A stretch of DNA of 64,000 bases from Macrostomum lignano (lineage: Eukaryota). The notes below the pieces were generated by a model, which did no database searches, was not told where the DNA came from, and saw nothing but the letters and a program-made list of their open reading frames with translations. The translations under genes were made by a program, and so were the position numbers. The first letter of the stretch is position 1; each line of letters begins with the position of its first letter. This document shows, piece by piece, positions 1 through 13,075 of this stretch. Location of the stretch: NCBI GenBank assembly GCA_002269645.1, contig NIVC01002997.1, positions 62,001-126,000 on the forward strand, read 5' to 3'.

Positions 1-207
1 ACGCAGCAGGGCCCGTTCCGGCGGGGGCAGGCGCGGACCCGGAGGTTCGTCGACTGTCTGACAGAAGACGCCAGGGCGCCTGATCAGATCAATGGCGCTA
101 CCTTCATCAGAGACTGCGCAGCTAAGCGTGCTTTTTGACAATGTCCCCCCCTTTCCTGACCACTTGTGGCCGGTGGCCATTGTATTTATTGTATTGTATT
201 GTATTGT
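1..207 (+). mobile_element. 3' end of an RTE-like non-LTR retrotransposon (ORF C-terminus, short 3' UTR, (TTGTA)n tail)
   Basis: Frame 1 reads TQQGPFRRGQARTRRFVDCLTEDARAPDQINGATFIRDCAAKRAF* (TGA 136-138). This closely matches the C-terminus of the RT-bearing element at 40305-41400 (LQGPFRQSQAQTRRYVDCLLCDAGAPDTANGADFVRC). A (TTGTA)n tail follows at about 180-207. Confidence 0.7.
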
Positions 208-1425
208 AGTTCCTGTCCTAGTGTGTTATTATGTCTGTAGTTCCTGTCCTATTGTGTCATTATGTCTGTAGTTCCTGTCCTATTGTGTCTTTGTGTCTGT
301 AGTGCCTGTCCTATTGTGTCATTATGTCTGTAGTTCCTGTCCTAGTGTGTCTTTATATCTGTAGTGCCTGTCCTAGTGTGTCTTTATGTCTGTAGTTCCT
401 GTCCTAGTGTGTCATTATGTCTGTAGTTCCTGTCCTAGTGTGTCTTTATGTCTGTAGTTCCTGTCCTATTGTGTCTTTATGTCTGTAGTTCCTGTCCTAT
501 TGTGTCTTTGTGTCTGTAGTTCCTGTCCTAGTGTGTCATTGTGTCTGTAGTTCCTGTCCTAGTGTGTCTTTATATCTGTAGTGCCTGTCCTATTGTGTCA
601 TTATGTCTGTAGTTCCTGTCCTAGTGTGTCTTTGTGTCTGTAGTTCCTGTCCTAGTGTGTCTTTATATCTGTAGTGCCTGTCCTAGTGTGTCTTTATGTC
701 TGTAGTTCCTGTCCTAGTGTGTCATTATGTCTGTAGTTCCTGTCCTAGTGTGTCATTGTGTCTGTAGTTCCTGTCCTATTGTGTCTTTGTGTCTGTAGTT
801 CCTGTCCTAGTGTGTCATTATGTCTGTATTGCCTGTCCTAGTGTGTCTTATGTCTGTATTGCCTGTCCTAGTGTGTCTTATGTCTGTATTGCCTGTCCTA
901 GTGTGTCTTATGTCTGTATTGTATGTCCTAGTGTGTCTTTGTGGCTGTAGTTCCTGTCCTAGTGTGTCATTATGTCTGTAGTTCCTGTCCTAATGCGTCT
1001 TTGTGTCTGTATTGCCTGTCCTAGTGTGTCTTATGTCTGTATTGCCTGTCCTAGTGTGTCTTATGTCTGTATTGCCTGTCCTAGTGTGTCTTATGTCTGT
1101 ATTGCCTGTCCTAGTGTGTCTTATGTCTGTATTGTATGTCCTAGTGTGTCTTTGTGGCTGTAGTTCCTGTCCTAGTGTGTCATTATGTCTGTAGTTCCTG
1201 TCCTAATGCGTCTTTGTGTCTGTATTGCCTGTCCTAGTGTGTCATTATGTCTGTACTTTCTGTCCTAGTGCGTCTTTGTGTCTGTAGTTCCTGTCCTAGT
1301 GTGTCTTATGTCTGTATTGTATGTCCTAGTGTGTCTTTGTGTCTGTAGTTCCTGTCCTAGTGTATCTTTGCGTCTACAGCCTGTCCTAGTTTATTTGTGT
1401 CTGCAGTGCCTGTCCTAGTGTATCT
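204..1425. repeat. Minisatellite, 29-31 bp unit (TGTAGTTCCTGTCCTAGTGTGTCATTATGTC)
   Basis: About 40 directly visible tandem variant units. Confidence 0.95.
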
Positions 1426-1774
1426 TTGCGTCCGTCTCCAGTTTTTGTGTTTCTGTGGTCGTTTTTGTGTGCCTTTCTGTTCAGTGTGTCATGGCGTCTT
1501 TTATTCTCCATGATGTCTCTCAGTTTCTGTATTACTCCACCAAAGTATATCTTTGTTCGTGCTGTCTTCATGCGTTTAAATATGTATTGATTTTCGTACA
1601 CTCCAAGAGTCTAGTTGAAACTTGATCAGATTTCAAGACCCATGGGTAACTGCGGTCAGGGAAAAAACAAGATTGTAAATTTACCAAACTAGGAGACAAC
1701 ACCATCTGGTTGTGAGGTGCTGCAGATGTCAACTTGAAGACTAATTACTGCCAGTTATAAACTTTCCTTCGCAG

Positions 1775-4700
1775 ATTCCGGCCAGTCTCGGCATTGCAGT
1801 GAGCATTCGAGTGGCTCGATCGCTGGGCGCCGGTGACCACAGCTTGGCTAAACGGTCATACAGGCTTGGTATGCTCATAGGAAGTGAGTATTGTGCATAT
1901 TGATCACTTATGAGTGGATTTTGTACCTGGATGGCTGGTAGATTTATAGGAGGTATTTTTTATTTTTGGGTCAACGTCGATCATAGACTGCAGTATCTGG
2001 TCATAGACTGCAGTATCTGGTCATAGACTGCAGTATCTGGTCATATACTGCAGTATCTGGTCATAGACATGCAATATCTGATCATAGAAATGCAGTATCT
2101 GTGGTCATAGACTGCAGTATCTGGTCATAGACATACAGTATCTGGTCATAGACATACAGTATCTGGTCATAGACATACAGTATCTGGTCATAGACATGCA
2201 ATATCTGATCATAGACATGCAGTATCTGTGGTCATAGACATGCAATATCTGATCTTAGAAATGCAGTATCTGTGGTCATAGACTGCAGTATCTGGTCATA
2301 GACATACAGTATCTGGTCATAGACATACAGTATCTGGTCATAGACATACAGTATCTGGTCATAGACATGCAATATCTGATCATAGACATGCAGTATCTGT
2401 GGTCATAGACATGCAATATCTGATCATAGAAATGCAGTATCTGTGGTCATAGACATGCAGTATATCTGGTCATAGACATGCAGTATCTGATCATAGACAT
2501 GCAGTATATCTGGTCATAGACATGCAGTATCTGGTCATAGACATGCAGTATCTGGTCATAGACATGCAGTATCTGGTCATAGACATACAGTATCTGGTCA
2601 TAGACATACAGTATCTGGTCATAGACATACAGTATCTGGTCATAGACATCTGGTCGTAGACATGCAGTATCTGGTCAAAGACATGCAGTATCTGGTCATA
2701 GACATCTGGTCATAGACATGCTGTATCTGTTCATAGACATAAGCTCATTTTCACTTGAAATTAATTGTCAAACCAATTTTCAGCCACATTTTCTCTAATT
2801 ATAATGCTCATACTGGGACTTTTTGGTCGCAAAGTTCCCTACATTTTTACTTCAAATCCGTAAGTTAATAAAAAGTTCTCATAGTTTTTATTTGGAAATC
2901 CATTATGATGATAATTTTGAGAATTTATTAAAAAAAATCACGCTCTATGTTTCAGGGACATTGCTCGGGTTGCTGGGGAATGCTTGTACATTTTGCTTCC
3001 AATGCAACTGGTCGATGCTGCCTCTGTAAGTACACCGGAAACAGAAATCTGATTAATCGAACTTCTTCCATGGGAAACCGGAAGCAGAACTGAGGTTAAT
3101 CTGAATTATCCCATAGGAAACCGGAAGTAGAACCGAAGATAATCTAAATTCTCCCATATGAAGCCGGAAGTAGAATTGAGGTTATTCTGACTAATTAAGA
3201 ACCTTGATCTAACCAGGACGATTTCCACATCAGCGCAATAAATCCCGCATATTACTCTGCACCCAACCGCAGGCAGTCCTATGCGGCGTGCTCCGTGGCT
3301 GCGCCAGGCACAAAATCGCCGCCGCTCTCATCTTTGTCGGCTTTTATCTCATCGCTTTGCCCAGCGGAATAGTTTTGGAGTTTGCGGCCGGTCTGCAGAT
3401 GAAGGGCATCTGGATTGGCATGATATTAGGGCTCAGCTTCCTCAGTTTGGTCTATTTCATTCTGGTGCACCGAACCGACTGGGAAGAACAGGCCAGATTG
3501 GCGGTGAGATAAGCTTTCTTGCGTTTTAATAGTTCATCCAGGGTGTGAATTCATTCGATTGGCTGTTGTTTGGGGTGGTTGTCTGACTTAGTCACGTGAT
3601 TTGATTTGATTGGCTGTGGTTTGGGAAGGTTGTCTGACTTAGTCACGTAATTTGATTTGATTGGCTGTGGTTTGGGAAGGTTGTCTGACTTAGTCACGTG
3701 ATTTGATTTGATTGGCTGTGGTTTGGGAAGGTTGTCTGACTTAGTCACGTGATTTGATTTGATTGGCTGTGGTTTGGGTGGTTGTCTGACTTAGTCACGT
3801 GATTTGATTTGATTGGCTGTGGTTTGGGGTGGTTGTCTGACTTAGTCACGTGATTTGATTTAATTGGCTGTGGTTTGGGGTGGTTTTCTGACTTAGTCAC
3901 GTGATTTGATTTGATTGGCTGTGGTTTGGGGTGGTTGTCTGACTTAGTCACGTGATTTGATTTGATTGGCTGTGGTTTGGGGTGGTTTTCTGATGTAGTC
4001 ACGTGATTTGATTTAATTGTCTGTGGATTGGGTGGATGTCTGAGTTAGTCACGTGATTTGATTTGATTGGCTGTGGTTTGGAATGGATGTCTAAAGTGGT
4101 CACGTGATTTGATTTAATTGTCTGTGGCTTGATAGGCATATGTACAGGTATCCAGGCTGGGGTGAGGCAGTCACGTGATTAGTCTGGTCGGCCGTAGCTT
4201 GAGGTGTATTTCTATGCTAAAGTTGTGGGACTACAGGTTATAAAAGTGCAATCGCTAGTATAGATTTGTAAATATGTTTCATTTTAAATAAGCTGGCTTC
4301 TTCGTTTGACTTTGCAACTCAAGGCTGAAACCGAGTGCGAAACCAGTCTGCTGCAGCCGAGCAACAACTTTACTGGCAATTCAGGTTGGCGTTTTTGAAC
4401 AGTTATGATATTGTTATTTAAAGAAAGCTATCTCAATTGGTTTAGGAGCTTTTACAGAAAATAAGTGATTCTAGTTTTCGCCTTTAGAAAAATAATTAAA
4501 ACTAGTATATGTGTCTCTTACTCTTACTCCCACCAACCGGAAGTGAAATTTAGCAGACCCAAATCATTCCCTACAAACCGGAAATAGAATCAAGAAGACG
4601 TACATCATTTCCTACGAACCGGAAGTAGAATTAGACAGACCCTAAGCATTTCCTACGAACCGGAAGTAGAATTAGACAGACCCTAAGCATTTCCTACGAA

Positions 4701-5391
4701 CCGGAAGTAGAATTTGACAGACCCTAAGCATTTCCTACGAACCGGAAGTAGAATTGGACAGACCCTAAGCATTTCCTACGAACCGGAAGTAGAATTAGAC
4801 AGACCCTAAGCATTTCCTACGAACCGGAAGTAGAATTAGACAGACCCTAAGCATTTCCTACGAACCGGAAGTAGAATTTTAATGAGTGTAGCTTTTTCTT
4901 AAAAAGGCAAAAGCGGAACTAGCATTGACGGGACCCGAAGTTTTACCCCGAATACCAAAAACTAAAAATGTAAATGCCAGTCGGCCAACCTGAACCTGGA
5001 TCCCCCACTGCTCTCCCCTTCTCAAAAAAACAACAACAACTGCTCAGACGAAGGAGCCGTCGAGATGAACTCCATGTCGGTGACAGAGCCAACCGGCGGC
5101 AGGTGCCACCGCCAGTCCACCGTCTCCACAGCCTCCACAGCCGACTGGCCGTTCCAGATGAAGCAGCAGCGCCGGCGACAGCGGATTCGTCGAAAAATTT
5201 TGGCCGCCTTGGCCACTCTCGGCCTTCTGGCCGGCTCTATTCTTGTCCGAACGATGACGGACATTCCACAAGTGGATCCTCGGCTGGAGCAACAGCGAAT
5301 GAACATTCTAGGAAACGGAACGATGACAGTCGGAGTAGCCGGAAGCTCGCCGTCTGGACTGCTGGATCGCGCGCTGGCCGGCGACGGTTGA
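1775..5391 (+). CDS. MATE/SLC47-family multidrug efflux transporter, 3' portion (spliced; 5' exons lie upstream of the window or were not found)
   Basis: Phase-compatible AG/GT exons: 1775-1883 (IPASLGIAVSIRVARSLGAGD), 2784-2859 (RKVPYIFTSNP), 2956-3025 (DIARVAGECLYILLPMQLVDAAS), 3273-3503 (AVLCGVLRGCARHK...KGIWIGMILG...TDWEEQARLA), putative 4324-4384, and terminal 5048-5391. The terminal exon carries the extra C-terminal TM helix RRKILAALATLGLLAGSILVR typical of animal SLC47. Exon 4324-4384 is the weakest call. Confidence 0.88.
1979..2740. repeat. Minisatellite, 20-23 bp unit (GGTCATAGACATGCAGTATCT), in a MATE intron
   Basis: Visible tandem units. Confidence 0.95.
3034..3190. repeat. Degenerate ~41-43 bp repeat (4 units) with ACCGGAAGT core
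   Basis: CCGGAA(G/A)(T/C)AGAA recurs about every 42 bp. Related to the array at 4536-4880. Confidence 0.7.
3555..4120. repeat. Minisatellite, 51 bp unit (GATTGGCTGTGGTTTGGGGTGGTTGTCTGACTTAGTCACGTGATTTGATTT)
   Basis: About 11 tandem units. This array explains the ORFs at 3551-4002. Confidence 0.95.
4536..4880. repeat. Minisatellite, 41 bp unit (ACCGGAAGTAGAATTAGACAGACCCTAAGCATTTCCTACGA)
   Basis: About 8 tandem units. Confidence 0.92.
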
Positions 5392-5467
5392 GGATTGCGG
5401 CAAAATGTTTGGACTGTGAACGGCAAGACAGAAAATATGAGAAACCTCTGACGATGACAAAGTATTT

Positions 5468-6290
5468 CCTGACACCCTACCAATTTTCATGACACCCTAC
5501 CAACTTTCCTGACACCCTACCAACTTTCCTGACACCCTACCAATTTTTATGACACCCTACCAACTTTCCTGACACCCTACCAACTTTCCTGACACCCTAC
5601 TGAAGTTTCTGACACCCTACCAAACTTCCTGACACCCTAACATCTTTCCCGAGACCCTACCAAAGTTCCTGACACCCTACCAAATTTCATGACACCCTTA
5701 CCATCTTTCCTGACACCCTACCATCTTTCTTAACACCCTACCAAATTTCCTGACACCCTACTATCTTTCCTGACACCCTACCATCTTTCCTGACACCCTA
5801 CCAAGTTTTCTGACCCCCTACTAAACTTTCTGACCCCCCTACTAAACTTTCTGACCCCCTACTAAACTTTCTGACACCCTACTAAACTTTCTGACACCCT
5901 ACCAAACTTTCTGACACCCTACCAAACTTTCTGACACCCTACCATCTTTCCTGACACCCTACCATCTTTCCTGACACCCTACCATCTTTCCTGACACCCT
6001 ACCAAGTTTTCTGACCCCCTACTAAACTTTCTGACACCTTACCAAACTTTCTGACACCTTACCAAACTTCCTGACACCCTACCAAATTTCCTGACACCCT
6101 ACCAACTTTTCTGACACCCTACTATCTTTCCTGACACCCTACCAAATTTCCTGACACCCTACCAACTTTTCTGACACCCTACTATCTTTCCTGACACCCT
6201 ATCAAATTTCCCGACACCCTGCCAATTTTCCTGACACCCTAACAACTTTTCTGACACCCCAAACTCTCTATGGAATTTGACACCCTAATC
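5468..6290. repeat. Minisatellite, 20-21 bp unit (CTGACACCCTACCAACTTTC)
   Basis: Tandem units start about 75 bp after the MATE stop codon. Confidence 0.95.
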
Positions 6291-6714
6291 AAATCTCTAA
6301 TCCGCTCCTCTTAGTAGCATGCCCTACAACTTCCCTAGTGATCAGAGAACTCATGCAGTTCCTCATGATAGAAAATGTTGTTTATTTCTTACGTGCATAT
6401 CAATTAAAAAACCACAAAGCGCCCGTGTAGCTACTGTAACAAGTATTACACAAATTTTAAACAAACCGCACAATTCTAAGAATGAGTACCTCAATACGAG
6501 TATATGATTTTCTCCCTGGCAACAACTGTTTAGTAGTGTTGTGTACAGAAAAAGCCACTATCAATCGGTTCCTGTCTGCACTAATGCGATAAAAGTTAAA
6601 CAAAACTTCTAAAAGTAGTCATTAGTTAGTAGTTAGTTTTTATTTAAGTTTATGTAAAAGATTAATTTGATTTATAATTCTACCTGCGGTTCGTCCAAAG
6701 CGTCGCGTAAGACT

Positions 6715-7835
6715 CGCCTCTAAAACTCTACGAATCCTAAGAATTAGTCCTCAGCCTCTCTAAAAATCGCCCTAAGTCTCCCTAAGAATCGCCCCTAAAC
6801 CTCGCCTAAGAATCGCCCCTCAGCCTCTCTAAGAATCACTCCTAAGCCTCTCTAAAAATCGCCCCTAAGTCTCCCTAAAAATCGCCCCTCAGTCTGACCC
6901 AAGAATCGCCCCTAAGTCTGACCCAAGAATCGCCTCTCAGCCTCTCTAAGAATCGCCCCTGAGCCTCTCTAAGAATCGCCCCTCAGTCTGGCCTAAGAAT
7001 CGCCCCTAAGTCTCCCTAAGAATCGCCCCTCAGTCTGGCCTAAGAATCGCCCCTAAGTCTCTTTAAGAATCGCCCCTAAGTCACCCTAAGAATCGCCCCT
7101 CAGCCTCTCTAAGAATCGCCCTGAGCCTCTCTAAGAATCGCCCCTCAGTCTGGCCTAAGAATCGCCCCTCAGTCTGGCCTAAGAATCGCCCCTAAGTCTC
7201 CCTAAGAATCGCCCCTCAGTCTGGCCTAAGAATCGCCCCTAAGTCTCCTTAAGAATCGCCCCTAAGTCACCCTAAGAATCGCCCCTCAGCCTCTCTAAGA
7301 ATCGCCCTAAGTCTCCCCTAAAAATCGCTCCTCAGTCTGGCCTAAAAATCGCCCCCAAGTCTCCCTAAGAATCGCCTCTAAGTCTCACTAAGAATCGCCC
7401 CTAAGTCTCCCCTAAAAATCGCCCCTAAGTCTCCTTAAGAATCGCCCCTAAGTCTCCTTAAGAATCGCCCCTAAGTCACCCTAAGAATCGCCCCTCAGCC
7501 TCTCTAAGAATCGCCCTAAGTCTCCCCTAAAAATCGCTCCTCAGTCTGGCCTAAAAATCGCCCCCAAGTCTCCCTAAGAATCGCCTCTAAGTCTCACTAA
7601 GAATCGCCCCTAAGTCTCCCCTAAAAATCGCCCCTCAGTCTGGCCCAAGAATCGCCCCTAAGTCTCCCTAAGAATCGCCCCTCAGCCTCTCTAAGAATCG
7701 CCCCTAAGCCTCTTTAAGAATCGCCCCTCAGTCTGGCCTAAGAATCGCCGCTCAGTCTGGCCTAAGAATCGCCCTAAAGCCTTAACTAAGACTTACCTGT
7801 GAGCTCCCGAGAACTCGCCATCTAAGCCCTCTAAG
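6715..7835. repeat. Minisatellite, 23 bp unit (CTAAGAATCGCCCCTCAGCCTCT)
   Basis: Visible tandem variant units. Confidence 0.95.
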
Positions 7836-8207
7836 AATCGCCTCCAAAGCCTCTTCAAAAAGTGTTTTCCAACATTAAGCGGACCATGTTGCACCTTTAG
7901 ATATGCATACTTCGTAGTTTTTAAACATTTCATGGTGGCTCATTGCACGCACGAAAACTTTATAGTTTTTACCGTATATAATATAAAAAACAGAAACGTT
8001 AAAATTATAGCAAAAACTGACAAGATAAACTTTCTACGCATTCGTATCGATTTGTTTTAATTAAATACGACCGTATTGTTCACAATGTTGTTTAGCAATT
8101 TTTTTTCCTGTTTTCTCATTTATTTTTCTAAGCACTGGTAAAAGCGCTTAGAATACTACTTACATCGTCGTCACTCATTAACGGTGAATTTTTAAACAGA
8201 AGCTCCT

Positions 8208-10560
8208 ATTCACAAACTACAGCATCAAAAACAGACTGTAGATAGCTTCCATTCACAATATACAGCATCAAAAACAGGCTGTAGATAGCCCCATTCACAA
8301 TATACAGCATCAAAAACAGGCTGTAGATAGCTCCCATTCACAATATACAGCATCAAAAACAGACTGTAGATAGCTTCCATTCACAATATACAGCATCAAA
8401 AACAGACTGTAGATAGCTTCCATTCACAATATACAGCATCAAAAACAGGCTGTAGATAGCTTCCATTCACAATATACAGCATCAAAAACAGGCTGTAGAT
8501 AGCTTCCATTCACAATATACAGCATCAAAAACAGGCTGTAGATAGCTTCCATTCACAATATACAGCATCAAAAACAGACTGTAGATAGCTTCCATTCACA
8601 ATATACAGCATCAAAAACAGGCTGTAGATAGCTTCCATTCACAATATACAGCATCAAAAACAGGCTGTAGATAGCTTCCATTCACAATATACAGCATCAA
8701 AAACAGGCTGTAGATAGCTCCCATTCACAAACTACAGCATCAAAAACAGGCTGTAGATAGCCCCATTCACAATATACAGCATCAAAAACAGGCTGTAGAT
8801 AGCTTCCATTCACAATATACAGCATCAAAAACAGGCTGTAGATAGCTTCCATTCACAATATACAGCATCAAAAACAGACTGTAGATAGCTTCCATTCACA
8901 ATACACAGCATCAAAAACAGGCTGTAGATAGCTTCCATTCACAAACTACAGCATCAAAAACAGGCTGTAGATAGCCCCATTCACAATATACAGCATCAAA
9001 AACAGGCTGTAGATAGCCCCATTCACAATATACAGCATCAAAAACAGACTGTAGATAGCTTCCATTCACAATATACAGCATCAAAAACAGGCTGTAGATA
9101 GCTTCCATTCACAATACACAGCATCAAAAACAGGCTGTAGATAGCTTCCATTCACAATATACAGCATCAAAAACAGGCTGTAGATAGCTTCTATTCACAA
9201 AATACAGCATCAAAAACAGGCTGTAAATAGCTTCTATTCACAATATACAGCATCAAAAACAGGCTGTAGATAGCTTCTATTCACAAAATACAGCATCAAA
9301 AACAGACTGTAGATAGCCCCCATTCACAAAATGCAGCATCAAAAACAGGCTGTAGATAGCTTCCATTCACAATATACAGCATCAAAAACAGGCTGTAGAT
9401 AGCTTCCATTCACAATATACAGCATCAAAAACAGACTGTAGATAGCTTCCATTCACAATACACAGCATCAAAAACAGGCTGTAGATAGCTTCCATTCACA
9501 AACTACAGCATCAAAAACAGGCTGTAGATAGCCCCATTCACAATATACAGCATCAAAAACAGGCTGTAGATAGCCCCATTCACAATATACAGCATCAAAA
9601 ACAGACTGTAGATAGCTTCCATTCACAATATACAGCATCAAAAACAGGCTGTAGATAGCTTCCATTCACAATACACAGCATCAAAAACAGGCTGTAGATA
9701 GCTTCCATTCACAATATACAGCATCAAAAACAGGCTGTAGATAGCTTCTATTCACAAAATACAGCATCAAAAACAGGCTGTAAATAGCTTCTATTCACAA
9801 TATACAGCATCAAAAACAGGCTGTAGATAGCTTCTATTCACAAAATACAGCATCAAAAACAGACTGTAGATAGCCCCCATTCACAAAATGCAGCATCAAA
9901 AACAGGCTGTAGATAGCTTCCATTCACAATATACAGCATCAAAAACAGGCTGTAGATAGCTTCCATTCACAATATACAGCATCAAAAACAGGCTGTAGAT
10001 AGCTTCCATTCACAATACACAGCATCAAAAACAGACTGTAGATAGCTTCCATTCACAATATACAGCATCAAAAACAGGCTGTAGATAGCTTCCATTCACA
10101 ATATACAGCATCAAAAACAGACTGTAGATAGCTTCCATTCACAATACACAGCATCAAAAACAGGCTGTAGATAGCCCCATTCACAATATACAGCATCAAA
10201 AACAGACTGTAGATAGCTTCCATTCACAATACACAGCATCAAAAACAGGCTGTAGATAGCCCCCATTCACAATATACAGCATCAAAAACAGGCTGTAGAT
10301 AGCTCCCATTCACAAACTACAGCATCAAAAACAGGCTGTAGATAGCCCCATTCACAATATACAGCATCAAAAACAGGCTGTAGATAGCTTCCATTCACAA
10401 TATACAGCATCAAAAACAGGCTGTAGATAGCTTCCATTCACAATATACAGCATCAAAAACAGGCTGTAGATAGCTTCCATTCACAATATACAGCATCAAA
10501 AACAGGCTGTAGATAGCCCCATTCACAATATACAGCATCAAAAACAGGCTGTAGATAGCT
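8208..10560. repeat. Satellite, 43 bp unit (TTCACAATATACAGCATCAAAAACAGGCTGTAGATAGCTTCCA), with a 557 bp higher-order duplication
   Basis: About 54 units. Identical ORFs at 8911-9108 and 9468-9665 are offset by 557 bp, and the rare variant CCCCCATTCACAAAATGCAGC recurs at the same offset. Confidence 0.97.
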
Positions 10561-11094
10561 GTGTCTCTATATTTGACGTAAAATACGAGCTATTTATAGC
10601 TTAGCAAACTATTCTAAACTGACTAGGAAACTAGGAAAAGCGACCCTGCAAATTTATAATTACGGGGATTAGTTAAATCTAACAGGTGGAAATGAACTCA
10701 TGCGTCACTATTTGGGCTTCTGCACATTATTTCAAGCGATACGAAATTTAACGAAGCCTCTCACATTTTACACTCGTCAACTTTTGAGCACTTTGAGCAC
10801 AATACGACGCCTGCAAAATGTTACGCTGCTTGCCAACCCGAAATATAAATAGCAATTTCTCTATTGATTTTCTATTAGGCTGTGGTGTAAGCTCAGGCTC
10901 GGGACAAGTGAGATTTCGGGGACCACCAATCGATCGATCATCTGCATGGACCTCGAGTCTTCATCCTGTTTGGTTTTTTTTGCGGTGATGCTGGGAGCGA
11001 TGGCCACATAGAGACAGGAATGGGATGCAGACTGCCAGGGATTGAGGAAGATTGTATGAAGAATAGTGTTGCGATTTTATGACAGAGAAGGTCG

Positions 11095-13075
11095 GGAGTA
11101 ACGGGAAGAGAGGCGGAGAGAGTGCGAAAGAGGGAGAGCAGTGGAAGGGGATTGGGAGAGATGAAATACTGAGACTGGGGGGAGACAGGGAGAGGCAGGT
11201 GGAGAAAGGGAGATGCAGTGAGAGACAGGGAGAGACAGGGTGAGACAGGGAGAGAAGACAGGGGGAGACAGGGAGAGACAGAGGGAGACAGGGAGAGACA
11301 GGGTGAGACAGAGAGAGACAGGTGGAGACAGGGAGAGACAGAGGGAGACAGGGAGAGACAGGGTGAGACAGGGAGAGACAGGGTGAGACAGAGGGAGACA
11401 GGGAGAGACAGGGTGAGACAGGGAGAGGCAGAGAGAGACAGGGTGAGGCAGAGAGAGGCAGAGAGAGACAGGGAGAGGCAGAGAGAGACAGGGAGAGACA
11501 GGGAGAGGCAGAGAGAGACAGAGTGAGACAGGGAGAGGCAGAGAGAGGCAGAGAGAGACAGGGAGAGGCATAGAGAGACAGGGAGAGACAGGGAGAGGCA
11601 GAGAGAGACAGAGTGAGACAGGGAGAGGCAGAGAGAGGCAGAGAGAGACAGGGTGAGACAGGGTTAGACAGAGTGAGACAGGGAGAGGCAGAGAGAGGCA
11701 GAGAGAGACAGGGGGAGACAGGGAGAGGCAGAGAAAGACAGGTGGAGACAGGGAGAGACAGGGAGAGGCAGAGAGAGACAGGGAGAGGCAGAGAGAGGCA
11801 GAGAGAGACAGGGAGAGGCAGAGAGAGACAGGATGAGACAGGGAGAGGCAGAGAGAGACAGGGAGAGGCAGAGAGAGACAGGGTGAGACAGGGTTAGACA
11901 GAGTGAGACAGGGAGAGGCAGAGAGAGGCAGAGAGAGACAGGGAGAGACAGGGAGAGACAGGGAGAGGCAGAGAGAGACAGGTGGAGACAGGGAGAGGCA
12001 GAGAGAGACAGGGTGAGACAGGGAGAGACAGGGAGAGACAGGGTGAGACAGGGAGAGGCAGAGAGAGACAGGTGGAGACAGGGAGAGGCAGAGAGAGACA
12101 GGGTGAGACAGGGAGAGGCAGAGAGAGGCAGAGAGAGACAGGGAGAGGCAGAGAGAGACAGGATGAGACAGGGAGAGGCAGAGAGAGACAGGGAGAGACA
12201 GGGAGAGAGACAGGTGGAGACAGGGAGAGGCAGAGAGAGACAGGGTGAGACAGGGAGAGACAGGGAGAGACAGGGAGAGGCAAAGAGAGACAGGTGGAGA
12301 CAGGGAGAGGCAGAGAGAGACAGGGTGAGACAGGGAGAGGCAGAGAGAGGCAGAGAGAGACAGGGAGAGGCAGAGAGAGACAGGATGAGACAGGGAGAGG
12401 CAGAGAGAGACAGGGAGAGACAGGGAGAGGCAGAGAGAGACAGGGAGAGGCAGAGAAAGACAGGTGGAGACAGGGAGAGGCAGAGAAAGACAGGGTGAGA
12501 CAGGGAGAGACAGGGAGAGGCAGAGAGAGACAGGGAGAGGCAGAGAGAGGCAGAGAGAGACAGGGAGAGGCAGAGAGAGACAGGATGAGACAGGGAGAGG
12601 CAGAGAGAGACAGGGAGAGGCAGAGAGAGACAGGGTGAGACAGGGTTAGACAGAGTGAGACAGGGAGAGGCAGAGAGAGGCAGAGAGAGACAGGGAGAGA
12701 CAGGGAGAGGCAGAGAGAGGCAGAGAGAGACAGGGAGAGGCAGAGAGAGACAGGATGAGACAGGGAGAGGCAGAGAGAGACAGGATGAGACAGGGAGAGG
12801 CAGAGAGAGACAGGATGAGACAGGGAGAGGCAGAGAGAGACAGGGAGAGACAGGGAGAGGCAGAGAAAGACAGGTGGAGACAGGGAGAGACAGGGAGAGG
12901 CAGAGAGAGACAGGTGGAGACAGGGAGAGGCAGAGAGAGACAGGGTGAGACAGGGAGAGACAGGGAGAGGCAGAGAGAGACAGGGTGAGACAGGGAGAGA
13001 CAGGGAGAGGCAGAGAGAGAGACAGGTGGAGACAGGGAGAGACAGAGTGAGACGGGATGAGATAGGGTGAGACCT
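11095..13075. repeat. Purine-rich 10 bp-unit compound repeat (GAGACAGGGA / GAGGCAGAGA)
   Basis: Low-complexity array. It produces the spurious RERQGETG and SLPVSPCL ORFs. Confidence 0.97.

Noticed and set aside
8208-10560. CRISPR-like regular array with a palindromic unit
   Set aside because: The units are contiguous with no unique spacers, there are no cas genes, and the context is eukaryotic. It is a satellite.
10946-11060. Possible small secreted-protein ORF (MDL..FAVMLGAMA...)
   Set aside because: It stops after about 21 codons and needs several assumed indels to extend. No supporting motif.
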